Source: Macrostomum hystrix (Eukaryota > Animalia > Platyhelminthes). From it: 64,000 bases of DNA. The stretch covers positions 310,001 through 374,000 of the forward strand of contig CATNEN010000024.1 of assembly GCA_950097015.1 (NCBI GenBank), read 5' to 3'. Made by a program: the position numbers and the translations under genes. A model generated the notes under the pieces. That model was not told the DNA's origin. It saw only the letters and a list, made by a program, of their open reading frames with translations, and made no database searches. How positions within the stretch are numbered: the first letter of the stretch is position 1; the number at the start of each line of letters is the position of its first letter. This document shows, one piece after another, positions 38,819 to 57,532 of this stretch.

Positions 38819-40220
38819 ATGTTTGCCAGTCAATGTAGTTGTAATCAGCGTTACGCTAAGCTGTTTCAATTTGATATTATTAAACTGCCTAGTTATACAC
38901 TCGCTTGTAAGTTCTTGCATGTGTTTCTCCAGTGCCAATTCATGTGCAGGACTGTACTCTAGATTAAAAAGTTTTCTTATTATGTAAGTTTGTGATACTC
39001 ATTTGCTAAGTCATTTTTAAAATGATCTAATTAAAATGACAACTAATAGCTTAATATATGCGTAGATTAATATGACTGCATTATTTGTCTATTTAACACT
39101 TACCCAGCTAACACTTACAGCAGCTCACCAACACCCAGAAGTACACCAACTCACCCAGCAGCTCACCAACACCCAGAAGTACACCAACTCACCCAGTAGC
39201 TCACCAACACCCAGAAGTACACCAACTCACCCAGCAGCTCACCAGCTCACCCAGAAGCTCACCAACTGACTCAGCAGCTCACCAACTCACCCAGCAGCTC
39301 ACCAACACCCAGAAGTACACCAACTCACCCAGCAGCTCACCAGCTCACCCAGAAGCTCACCAACTGACTCAGCAGCTCACCAACTCACCCAGCAGCTCAC
39401 CAACACCCAGAAGTACACCAACTCACCCAGCAGCTCACCAGCTCACCCAGCAGCTCACCAACACCCAGAAGTACACCAACTCACCCAGCAGCTCACCAGC
39501 TCACCCAGAAGCTCACCAACTGACTCAGCAGCTCACCAACTCACCCAGCAGCTCACCAACACCCAGAAGTACACCAACTCACCCAGCAGCTCACCAGCTC
39601 ACCCAGCAGCTCACCAACACCCAGAAGTACACCAACTCACCCAGCAGCTCACCAACTCACCCAGCAGCTCACCAACACCCAGAAGTACACCAACTCACCC
39701 AGCAGCTCACCAACTCACCCAGCAGCTCACCAACTCACCCAGCAGCTCACCCAGCAGCCCAAACGCATACATTCCAGCCATGCTAGCCGCCTACCAGTCA
39801 ACGGTTCGTGAGTTCGGCGGCTCTCTGGCCGGCCAAAAGTTGACCTTTGCCACGCCTGAGGAAGAGCTGCTCACCTATGAACTGCTGGAATTTCGCGCCC
39901 TACAATTGAGGCGCATAGCTAACGAGGCGGACGAGCAGAGGGCATTGCGCTTGCTTAATGAACGATACCTGACTGGCAGAACCTATCTGTTAGGCGAACG
40001 GCTAACAGCCATAGATCTGCTTCTATACAAAGACCTAGGCGGTTACGTAACAGAGCGCTGGTCCTGCCAGGAGAAGGAGCGCTTTGCTAACATTACTAGA
40101 TGGTTTTCTCACCTGCACTATTTGCTAGAATCCGCTGCTAAATCATCTGCCAGCTGTCCAATGTTTTATCGACCAGGTCCGGTGCATTTTCAACGAATGC
40201 CATTGTACAGTGGTTGCTAG
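38819..40220 (+). CDS. EEF1E1: Eukaryotic elongation factor 1 epsilon-1 / AIMP3 (p18), GST-C fold
   Basis: Exon 39778-40220 encodes TPEEELLTYELLEF..RTYLLGERLTAIDLLLY..QEKERFANITRWFSHL. A putative exon 38819-38906 (ATG...T|GTAAGT, phase 1) splices in frame to give 176 aa, close to the AIMP3 size. The first exon is less certain. Confidence 0.82.
39110..39755. repeat. Compound minisatellite in EEF1E1 intron
   Basis: Subunits CAGCAGCTCACCAAC / ACCCAGAAGTACACCAACTCACC. Confidence 0.93.
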
Positions 40221-40811
40221 CGGCTATGAAATAAACACTTGACAACAAACATTCTATCAAGTTCCAAGACCAGCTTTCTTCCTTGTAGAACGAATGTCGC
40301 TTTTGCGATCAACCACTGTTGCATATGAAGTGATAGAAAATTAAATCCTAATTCTAAATGCAGCTACCTACTTCGAGTAGTGCGTTTAATCTTAATCTAT
40401 TTTACACCCCATTTTTACGCTATTAGTATCGATTACTTTGCTGTTTCAAGTACAACCTATTCAATGTGGGGACATAAGAAATAAGGAATAAAGAAGTCCA
40501 GGTGTAACTAAGTAGAATATATTAGAATTTACAGCTTCCGAATCTGTATTCAGCTTTTCAGTCCACGGACTGGAGGAGGGGCCCCCAAAAACACCCACCC
40601 GATTGTCTACCCCGATTGATGCCTGTACCTATTTTATAACTGAGTAAACTAGAACAGTAGTGAATTTAGCATGTTGCTTAGGAACACAAAGAGTTTTTCT
40701 GATGTCGACGATCGAACCCCCGACCTTGCGGTCAGAAATTCCAGCGGAATTCTACTCAAGTCAGACGCGGAATCGGATCAACCAAACGCTGCTCAGACAC
40801 AGGTTAAACGC

Positions 40812-42629
40812 ATGTCCGGCCGCCGAATAGCAACCGTACAGGAGAGCTTCGACTGTCGCGACGATGATGCCGGCGAGGCGCAGTCGCGCGACATCGACGA
40901 CACCGTCTCGGAGAGGAGCAGCCAGCAGCCGCTCCGTTCTCAGCTACTCGGGCTCTGCCTGTGCGCATTCTATGCCTCATTTCTGATAGCCGGCCTAACA
41001 CTGCTGGGCCTGTCCGCCTGGCTGCTGGGCATTCGCCTCTGGACCTGCCCAGTGTTTGCCGCCTACTATGCTCCTCTGTGGCTATTCCTGGTTTCCGGCA
41101 TCCTACTGCTTGTGTCCGGCATGCTGGGTCTGTTGTACATCTGCTGCCTGCAGCAGCGCTATCAGCAGCAGCCGCAGCATCAGCAGCAGCAGGCACTACT
41201 TCAGCAGGTGGCCACCGCCCTGCTGGCCCTGCTGGTGCTGTCTGTGTGCGGCCTGTTTGGCGCCCTCGTGCTGTCCGCCAAGTACGGCAACGAGGCACAG
41301 GTTCGGCTGCTAACTTTTTTTAGTAGATGACGAGGCGACTCCCTTTATAGAAATAGTCATAGTTGCTCAAGTCGTTGCTTAAATTGAACTACCAAGTTGA
41401 GCCCCCTACAGTGAGCAAAGAATTTTGTTACTTTAGTCGTACTACTTCGTACTTCGATGAATTCTGCCGCAGTTCTGATTTCTGACAAGTAATCCCTTTC
41501 ATTTCTTAAAAATGCCGCAGTTTTCAAATTATCCCTTTAGTTTGCGAATTATCCCCCCCAGTTAAGCAAGTTCCCCCCCCCCCAGTTATGCAAATTATCC
41601 GCTCAGTTTAGCTAATTATCCCCGCAGTAAAACTAGTTTTCCCCTAGTTAAGCAGATGATCCCTAAGTTTAGCGAATTTTCCCCAATTTTAGCAAATTAT
41701 CCCCAATTCATGCAAATCCCTTCATTTGGCGATTTCTCCCCCAGTGCCAGCTAAAAATCCCTAACAATTCCATGGTACAGGCTCGAGATACAGCCCAAGA
41801 AGTTCAGAGCCTATTCGTTCAAGCCAAGCTGGATTACATGGAGGGCCTAAATCGCGGCAGCGGTGGCAGCGGCTCCGACCGGGGTTCTTCATCATCCTCG
41901 GCATCCAGCGTCCTGATGTGCTGGGAGTCGCTTCAGTCCACCTTTGGCTGCTGCGGCGCAGAGTCCTACGCTGACTGGTACTCCTATCGCAACGGCAGCC
42001 GCTATTACGATTCGCCGCGCTTTATCGCCTCGTCGCCGCCAGTAGGCGACTACGGCGACACTTCCTCGCCGTCATCGACACCAACTTCTAGCGACGCGTC
42101 CAGTGTATCAGTTTTGTCAACCATGTCGACAACAAACGCGCCGGCATCGGTGGGCGGCGGCGGTTCTGTCGCAGAGTTGATCCTGATTGCGCCTATTTCC
42201 TGCACCTGCCAGGATTACCAGAAGCAGCAGCAGCAGCAGCCTTCTAACAGCAGCTCGGGGCCTCCTTGCGTCCCTGTAGTTGGTCTTACATTGAACGGTG
42301 CCAACGGCAAGCCGTCCTCGCCCTACAGAGTGCACGGCCAGGGCTGCATCGGGCCGGTGAAATTCGCCATTCGCCAGCACATGGACGTCATGACGTCCGC
42401 TTGTCCTGTGGCTGCGGCTCTGGTAGTGGCGCACTTTATATTTGCCTGCCTGCTGCCCAGGCTCAGCCAGAGACCAGAGAGCCGCTGCATCTACGCCGTA
42501 GACTTTGGGCCGCACCCGACTGCTTACATTGCCCAGACTAATAAGCGCTACGATGTCACGGCGTTTGCCTCCGCGGCCGCCGGTGCGTCAAGGCTGGGGC
42601 CGCACGGTCCCAGAGGAGAGGCGTTCTAG
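40812..42629 (+). CDS. Tetraspanin-family membrane protein with expanded large extracellular loop
   Basis: Exons about 40812-41300 and 41781-42629. Three hydrophobic helices, then a loop with LQSTFGCCGAESYADW (CCG motif), SCTC and QGC, then a fourth TM (VAAALVVAHFIFACLL). The start Met is uncertain. Confidence 0.85.
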
Positions 42630-42904
42630 GCGTCTAAAACAATAACTGACTCTTGCATGCACTTTTAAGCTTCTGGATCCTAGTCCTGAGGTTTGTATTC
42701 CGCCGTGTTTAGAGGCTTTGTCCTCTTTAATCTCCATTCTTAAAAGATTGATCCTCAACCTTACATGATTCATTAGAAATCGTCACTCTTGACACCCCTC
42801 TCTAATCCCAGATCCTCATTCTTTAGCACCTCACCCTAATCCCCAACGCCTAACCCTCACTGGTCCCCGATCCTCATTCTTAAATATTCAGTGCCCATTA
42901 TCTC

Positions 42905-43410
42905 AGTGTCCTCATTCTCGACAGCCCCATCATCTCAGATCCTCATTCTCGACAGCCCCATAATCTCAGATCCTCATTCTCGACAGCCCCATCATCTCAG
43001 ATCCTCATTCTTGACAGCCCCATCATCTCAGATCCTCATTCTCGACAGCCCCATCATCTCAGATCCTCATTCTCGACAGCCCCATCATCTCAGATCCTCA
43101 TTCTCGACAGCCCCATCATCTCAGATCCTCATTCTCGACAGCCCCATCATCTCAGATCCTCATTCTTGACAGCCCCATCATCTCAGATCCTCATTCTTGA
43201 CAGCCCATTATCCCAGATCCTCATTCTTGACAGCCCATTATCCCAGATCCTCATTCTTGACAGCCCATTATCCCAGATCCTCATTCTTGACAGCCCCATC
43301 ATCTCAGATCCTCATTCTTGACAGCCCCATCATCTCAGATCCTCATTCTTGACAGCCCCATCATCTCAGATCCTCATTCTTGACAGCCCCATCATCTCAG
43401 ATCCTCATTC
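42905..43410. repeat. 31-bp minisatellite downstream of the tetraspanin
   Basis: Unit CATCATCTCAGATCCTCATTCTCGACAGCCC. Confidence 0.95.
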
Positions 43411-44339
43411 CGAAAAGCTGCATATCTATTTGCTACTTTTAACGGGTATCGTTCCCTTAGAAAAGTCCATGCTGCACTGTAAGAGCTTTCAGCTGAGATT
43501 TGTACTTTTAGTTACCTAAAGGATTGTTTTTTTAATTATAAGAATTTAATTATATTATACCGTTCTATTATATTCAATTGTACCCATTATTTTTCCTACA
43601 GTTGTGTTACTCGTAATAGAATATAGATGCTCACACTTGAATCTCTCTTATCCCATGGACGCGGTACATCTATAGCGTTCGACATTTATTTCTATTTCTA
43701 TTTTATTTTCAAGGACACATTCCACGCAATAATTTTTCTTTGCACAAATTTGCTACTTTTATGTTTTTTACTTTTTTAAACATTCGAAAGTATGCTTCTG
43801 TTATTCCCTATCTAAAAGTGCAAAGGAGAACAAAATTGTTTTCTAGTCAATTAATGTATTTCTAATAGTTCATTTTATAAGATCCTAACTTTTGTGTTAC
43901 CAGACACATTTTAAGTTTACAATAATTTATTTTCTTTTATATAAGTTGCTTTGTTGTTCTCCTGCTTTTTTCCGTCCACAAAAAGCAACTTATTTTATTT
44001 ATTCTAAGGTGCATCTTTGAACTTTGTTCAGGTGCTTCAAGAACTGTAACACGTGAGATGCAACAAATGCTTCAAAAGCGTTACTAATAAGATGACGAGG
44101 CATTGGACATGACTAAGATAGAGAATTGCTATTCAAACCGCTTAGTTACGATTAAAACAAAAATGTTAAAAGACAGATTGAAATTTAAAGCGTAATTTTG
44201 AGACACACAACCATGTTCTGTATTTAAAATAATATTTTTTGATTGACAGCCTTCATGATTACATCCTTTTGGTTTATAATTCGCTTACTTCGTTTATAAC
44301 TTTTGATAGGTGTATCTTCTCTGCTCATAATCTCACCCA

Positions 44340-45100
44340 TCTTAACATCCGTCCATCCTCTTCTCTCCCACCTTCATTTCCTCATACCTTTATTCTCTCC
44401 CACTTTCATTTCCTTATTCATCTCTTCTCTCCCACTTTCATTTCCTTATTCATCTCTTCTCTCCCACTTTCATTTCCTTATTCATCTCTTCTCTCCCACC
44501 TTCATTTCCTTTTACCTCTCTTCTCTCCCACTTTCATTTCCTTATTCATCTCTTCTCTCCCACTTTCATTTCCTTATTCCTCTCTTCTCTCCCACTTTCA
44601 TTTCCTTATTCCTCTCTTCTCTCCCACTTTCATTTCCTTATTCCTCTCTTCTCTCCCACTTTCATTTCCTTATTCCTCTCTTCTCTCCCACCTTCATTTC
44701 CTTATTCATCTCTTCTCTCCCACTTTCATTTCCTTATTCCTCTCTTCTCTCCCACTTTCATTTCCTTATTCCTCTCTTCTCTCCCACTTTCATTTCCTTA
44801 TTCATCTCTTCTCTCCCACTTTCATTTCCTTATTCATCTCTTCTCTCCCACTTTCATTTCCTTATTCCTCTCTTCTCTCCCACCTTCATTTCCTTATTCA
44901 TCTCTTCTCTCCCACTTTCATTTCCTTATTCCTCTCTTCTCTCCCACTTTCATTTCCTTATTCCTCTCTTCTCTCCCACTTTCATTTCCTTATTCATCTC
45001 TTCTCTCCCACTTTCATTTCCTTATTCATCTCTTCTCTCCCACTTTCATTTCCTTATTCATCTCTTCTCTCCCACTTTCATTTCCACATACCTCTTCCCT
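44340..45100. repeat. 32-bp polypyrimidine minisatellite upstream of DUS2
   Basis: Unit TCTCTTCTCTCCCACTTTCATTTCCTTATTC(A/C). Confidence 0.95.
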
Positions 45101-45285
45101 TCTCTCCCACCCTCCACTCCTTTACCCTCCTCTTTACCTCTGGCCCTTAAAATGACTCCATTTTTCCTAATTCGTCTGAATATTACAAAACAGCTAGGGT
45201 GCTGAAATTCAATCATACCAAAAATTGCAGATCTAAGCCGCACACGCACGAATCGGCTTGTAACACGAATTAAATAAATAGATAA

Positions 45286-52276
<6,991 letters not shown>

Positions 52277-53138
52277 TCGACTTCTGTCGTTCAATATTTT
52301 TATATTTATTCATGCTCGTCTTATGCTACTTGTAGTAAGTGATTTGATACAAAGAATGCAACTTTGGAATCATAATTGTATGGCGCTATCTTCTGGGTGC
52401 TTGGCCGTGTTCTTAAATAATATATAATCTGCTAAAGCTATTTCTCAATTCCTAATATCTGCATTTCTGATAGTAAAACACTTTCAGCTAAAGAGTTTAC
52501 ACATTTTTTTCTTTGTATTCTTCTTTTCTAGATTGAAGGCTAAGTAATTTGTAGGAGTTTCAAATTAAAGTCCCCAAGCTGATTACGGTTGTGCCATAGA
52601 CAAAAAGTAGACAGCAAATATTTTGTTTTAGCAGTCCTTTGAAAATGTAGACTATCGATTGATGTACAGGCTCTGTAGATATAGTTGTTTATAGAAAAAA
52701 ATTGTTATTGAAAATATTGTCTACCCTTTAAATAATGAGTCTATTCCGGAGCTGTTTGTCAAAATATGAGACAGGAAAAAATTTTATATGACTCTTATCT
52801 AAATGGTGTTTGGAGAACTCAAATCGAAGCTTATATTCGCAGCCCAGCGCACATTGCGGGTACGTGAGAGTGCAGTCCAAGGAGCGCAGTTTCAATATTT
52901 CAGCAATGCTCTTCAGTTTAATCTAAAAAGATAAGAGGTGATTCTAGGCCTATGGTCCCTCCCTGACTGGCAGGTATACAGGTAGAGACAACTGTCGGCT
53001 TATTTCTTAGCAGCTGAGAAAGCAGAAAGCAGCTCTGGTTGAGAAGGAAAAATTAATTTTCAATAAAGAAACTGGCAAACAGACTGGCTTATTGTCCAAA
53101 GCGATCAATTGACAAGTCTATTATAGAGGCTAAGCACA

Positions 53139-53873
53139 ATGTTTCTGCGCAGGGACAGTGCTGCTCAGTTGATGTACCTGTACCCAACGACAACTCAGTC
53201 TCCGCCACGCTGGCGGTCAGATGCTTCCGAGCCGGGCATTGCTACGACAACCCTGTCATTTCCCGGCGGAGGTCGCTACAGCGACTTCTCCGGCGTCCTG
53301 TTCAACGCGCTGATCATACTCAGCATCGTCTTGGCCGTCGGCCTGGTGTTCTTCTGCATGTGCAGCTGGTGCAAGGTCATGGCTTGCAGGCCCTGCTGCG
53401 CGGCATCAGACGACGAAATCGACGATTATGAAGAAGATCCGCCGTCTGGGCGGCGTCGTCGACGATCTCATCGTCGGCGACATCACCAGGTGGCGCCGGC
53501 TGCAGCGCGCCGTCGATCGATGCCAGCCTGGCTAGCCGGCTCGAGAGGCGCCACCGACTTCGGCCGCTATCCGACACCGCCTCCGAGCTACTTTGAGAGC
53601 GTCGACGAGCTGGGCATGCCACCGACACCGCCGCCTGGCTACTTGTCGTCGACCAGAGCGGCGGCGTCTGCAACGCCGGCCGCACCGGCGCCTGCTATGG
53701 CGAATCAGCCAGTTGTCAATAGAGACGAGGAGGACAAGCCCGTCGATGAGGTGGACCTGGCCACCGCGCTAGCCAGCTTGAGCTATCGCCGGTCGTGTCC
53801 CAACATCCGGCTGGTGGCTCCGGCTCCAGCGGCTAGAACTACCGCGCTGCAGGACCCGGCGCCGTCGAGCTGA
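53139..53873 (+). CDS. Single-pass membrane protein with juxtamembrane Cys cluster and PY motifs (PPSY, PPGY)
   Basis: 244-aa intronless ORF with exon-like GC content, one hydrophobic helix (VLFNALIILSIVLAVGLVFFCMC), CRPCC, PTPPPSYF and PPPGY. The family is not identified. Confidence 0.72.
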   Translation: MFLRRDSAAQLMYLYPTTTQSPPRWRSDASEPGIATTTLSFPGGGRYSDFSGVLFNALIILSIVLAVGLVFFCMCSWCKVMACRPCCAASDDEIDDYEEDPPSGRRRRRSHRRRHHQVAPAAARRRSMPAWLAGSRGATDFGRYPTPPPSYFESVDELGMPPTPPPGYLSSTRAAASATPAAPAPAMANQPVVNRDEEDKPVDEVDLATALASLSYRRSCPNIRLVAPAPAARTTALQDPAPSS

Positions 53874-54217
53874 CAGGGATATCCTTCCTGGTATTATTGT
53901 TTAAAACCTTCGAATTGTACACTATTTAAGTATACGAGCTATCATGTACATTTGCAGATGGGCAATGGGTGCCTTAGTGTGTGCGAAGTAGGCAACAATA
54001 TTGCCGGTGTTCTCTTAATAGCTAAAAAGAAGTGACTATTTTTATTCCGATTCGCGCTTTCTGCTTTTGCCACACGTGGTTTCACAGTATTTGCTTCTAC
54101 TTTTTTATTCCTGCTTAAAATGGCACGTTAAAGTTCTTCTTCTGTGGACTTTGGTCTCTTAACGAACGCCGCCACATTAACTCTGCACTACTAATACTAC
54201 TGATATGCTTGCTACTG

Positions 54218-54375
54218 CTAGAATAGTGGTTGAAGCTGCGGACTCCCTGACAGAGAGGTCTGGAGTTCGAATCTAAGCCCCAAGGGAAGCAGTTTGTCCT
54301 AGGGCAAGGCACCTAAATTCCCTAGTGCTTGAGTTCACAATTAAATCGCAGTAACAGTTCCCAGTCCACGGACTG
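54218..54375 (+). mobile_element. SINE family B copy
   Basis: A box TAGTGGTT, B box GAGTTCGAATC, TGTCCTAGGGCAAGGCACCTAA, tail CCCAGTCCACGGACTG. Confidence 0.65.
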
Positions 54376-55105
54376 TTGAAATTTTGGTGCAGATTCTTCT
54401 CACATCTCACAATCTACTAAAATCCGGTATTTTCCAAGTGCAATATAAGTGCAAATGTTTTAATTACTTGCAGATTGTGCATCTAATTTATTTTGACCAA
54501 GCTTGCAAAGAATGTAAAAGTACTTAATTCTGTTTCATTTCATTAAAATCTGATATTAGCACCGGATATTAGCTATAATTTTATTTCGCACAGAAGATCA
54601 GATAAAATGGAAATACTTCAATTTTCGCGAATGTTCTTCGTACGAATTAGGCGCAATGTACACCCATAGCTTAAGTATTTAGCTAACTGAAAAACTACTT
54701 CATACTGTTGCTAAGCGCGAACAATAAAATTCTGAGAGTGACCAGATAGTTTAACACGAGTTGCAGGTGAGTTTAAACCTGTACTGAATAGTTTGTTGCT
54801 GTTATGTTTTTAATTTTCATGCACGACTGCGTTGCATCACAACCTTTTAACTACGTATGTCAGACACCAACTCGTTGATCTTAGGCAAATCAATTCCAAG
54901 ATAGATATTCCATTTGGTAAGTTTCATTAAGCTTGAATTCCAGCATGCCTACAAACCCGTAGCTAGCTGAAAACCAACCCAGAGGCGGGGCTGTTGAGCG
55001 ACATCTATGCACTCAGTCAGAAGGCAGTCAACAATGCACATTCCAAATAAACCACTTGTCTTTACTTCAAGTGATAACGATTTACGAAGCGAAGCGAGTT
55101 GTAGC

Positions 55106-55145
55106 CATGCAATAAATTGAGTCTTCGCAGTAAGAGAACGTCTTT
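55106..55145 (-). other. Genomic copy of the spliced-leader (SL) exon lacking a GT donor
   Basis: Reverse complement is AAAGACGTTCTCTTACTGCGAAGACTCAATTTATTGCATG, 39/40 identical to the 3' 40 nt of the Macrostomum lignano SL as recalled (GCCGTAAAGACGGTCTCTTACTGCGAAGACTCAATTTATTGCATG). It ends in the flatworm-typical AUG and is followed by GCTAC, not GTAAG. Confidence 0.8.
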
Positions 55146-55931
55146 GCACAATGGAAGTGGGTTATTTTACCTGAAGGCCTGATTTACGAATGTTTGTTTG
55201 GAATCGATGCGTTACTTCCTACAGGTTTAGGAGTTTTAAAAGAGTTAAAATGCGCTGTATGGATAGACCAAGTTAAAAAACAATAAGAAATCACAATGTT
55301 TGGGATACGCTTGGTACTAATTATGAAAAGTAGTCGCAAACGCATCTGGCCGCAAAAAACGGTACCCAAGACCCCTGAACACTCATTCCCATAGGAGCCG
55401 GAGTATGAATGATTCCTATATATGAAGATTGTGAGATAAATATTGAGAGTTTATTTGAGAGTTTTGAGAGTTTTGAGGGCCCCCCAACCCACCCAGGCCG
55501 CCCCCGGGTCGTGAGTTACAGGATTAAGTGTTGTAATTCTTTCGTATTGTCGGCAGTTCGCCAACGCGGTAGTGGGGGTTCGGGTACGGACCGCCCACAG
55601 CTTGCCGGGGGTAGAGGGGGGAAGCAGCGACCCTCGAGGCGTCCAGACACTCCAAGGAGAGACGGGATGGACTTGGAGCGTACCGACACTCGCTAAGCCC
55701 TGACTGAAGGTTTTGACTGCGAGCGGGTAGCCACTCGACAGCCCAAGAGAGAGGTAGATGATGGTCTGGAAGCGTACCGACACTTCGCAGACTCGAGGAA
55801 GACTCTGGAGGAGAAGGATGATGGTGAGTTTTTGGCAGCAGCCGAGGTTGGGCAGAGGAACAAGATTCGATAATAAAGAAATAAATAACGCGTGAATGCT
55901 TTTCTTACCGGGAGGGGTTGAACGTGGAACT

Positions 55932-55951
55932 CATGCAATAAATTGTGCTTC
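55932..55951 (-). other. SL-like 3' fragment
   Basis: Reverse complement GAAGCACAATTTATTGCATG; the last 14 nt are identical to the SL 3' end seen at 55106. Confidence 0.5.
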
Positions 55952-56537
55952 AGGCTGCGTCGTTTATTATGGATTCTACTTTCTAATGTTGTATTAGCTT
56001 CGCCAACGTTCTCGCCCTAGTACTCTGGCGGCGCGGGGCTGGCCACGGGCAGCGCGCGCAAATAAATAACCGCGTGGGGTGGGGCGAGGGCATAGGGCTG
56101 GACGGGGTAGGGCTAAGCCACGCAGGGCTGGGGTGGGGTCGGCTGCAAGCCGAGAGAGAGAGAGAAGGAGACCGGCTAGCCAATCAGAAGCCTCCTTGGC
56201 GAGAGGCCTGATTGGACTAGCGAGGACGGCACAGGGGACAGCCAATGGGCGAACGACAAACGACAAACACGCCAACGGAGGGTGGCCTAAGCCGGGGCCG
56301 GGCAGAACCGGATTGAGCAGGCGGCTGGGGTGGAAGGGCTGGAGACGCAGGGGTCGGGGCAAGGTCGTTATGAGACGCAGCTCACAACATAAGCGACTAG
56401 GCAGCCTGTCCTGGGAAGCTTGAGAGCCGGAGTTCCGTCAGCCCCCGACTCCCGTCCCAAGGACGAGGCCCCTGCTTGCCACAGCACCACAGCCAAGGCG
56501 ACCAGGGAAGGCAGGAGGACCCTATGGATTTGAGTGA

Positions 56538-56960
56538 CTGATGCCCCTGAGCACGTAAAAGGCCCCACACGAGTAGGGGTAATTCGACCTAGGACCGGCC
56601 AACACTAGAAAACCGGCCTTTCGGACGCACCCCAGTACGAGCAGCAAGGGACCAATGGGCTCAGAGGAGCATCCGATTGGCAGCGAAAACAGCCCCGAAC
56701 ACCTTTAGGCTCTAAGGGAAGCCCCGCTGAAATATGATTTTGAATGCCTGATGCCCCTGAACACCTAAGAGGCGCCACACGAGTAGGGATGCTCAGACCT
56801 AAGACCGACCCCCCCCCAAAAGCCGGCCTTTCGGCTGGACCCCAGTACGAGCAACAAGGGGCCAATGGGCTCAAAGGAGCATCCGATTGGCAGCGAAAAC
56901 AAACCCCGAACACCTTTAGGCTCTAAGGGATGCCCCACTGAAAAGAACACGATTTGGATT
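56538..56960. repeat. Two tandem about 210-bp GC-rich units
   Basis: CTGATGCCCCTGA at about 56537 and 56748; shared CCGGCCTTTCGG, CCCCAGTACGAGCA, GAGCATCCGATTGGCAGCGAAAAC, CCCCGAACACCTTTAGGCTCTAAGGGA. Confidence 0.85.
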
Positions 56961-57207
56961 TTTAACCTCCGGCCTGAATAGGCCATTGGTTTGGAACCCC
57001 GATGGGAAAGATGAAAATTTTTTTATTATTTTAACGGCAAAAAAATTGTTTTTGTCGTAGAAAAGTCGTAATATACTACTTTTGAAAAAATGATGAAAAG
57101 TAGTAGTTGGAGAATTTTATCTTTGTTCTGCCTCCGGCAGCGGTGAGTGGTACTAGCATTCTGGTTCAAAATGCCAGCGCAAAAACTACAGAGTGGCCAA
57201 GAGGGTC

Positions 57208-57226
57208 AAGAGACCGTCTTTACGGC
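57208..57226 (-). other. 5' half of the SL exon
   Basis: Reverse complement GCCGTAAAGACGGTCTCTT is an exact 19-nt match to the recalled SL 5' end and overlaps the other two copies in sequence. Confidence 0.65.
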
Positions 57227-57532
57227 CAATCCTCAAACGAGACAGAGAGCGCAAATGGGGGATGACTCAGGATGGCCCAGAGGGCCTTCTAGAGACACGC
57301 TATATTTGAACTTAAACCCTAGCGGCTGGAGAGAAGCGATCGATAGTAGGGATAGGGTTAAACCCCGCCTCAGATGTACATAGGCAGACGAAGGAAAGAG
57401 ACGAAAGGGGGGTTGGGGTACAATCGTGGAGAGTATCAGGGGCAGGGGGAAGGAGGGGGTGCAGCGATTTAGAAAGGAGAGACACAATCAGAGCAAGTAA
57501 AAACTAATCGCATAACCAAAATTCGCTACACC

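Noticed and set aside
55106-55149. Intact, functional SL RNA gene
   Set aside because: No GT donor after the AUG and no GTAAG to pair with CTTAC, so it is reported as a donor-less SL copy instead.
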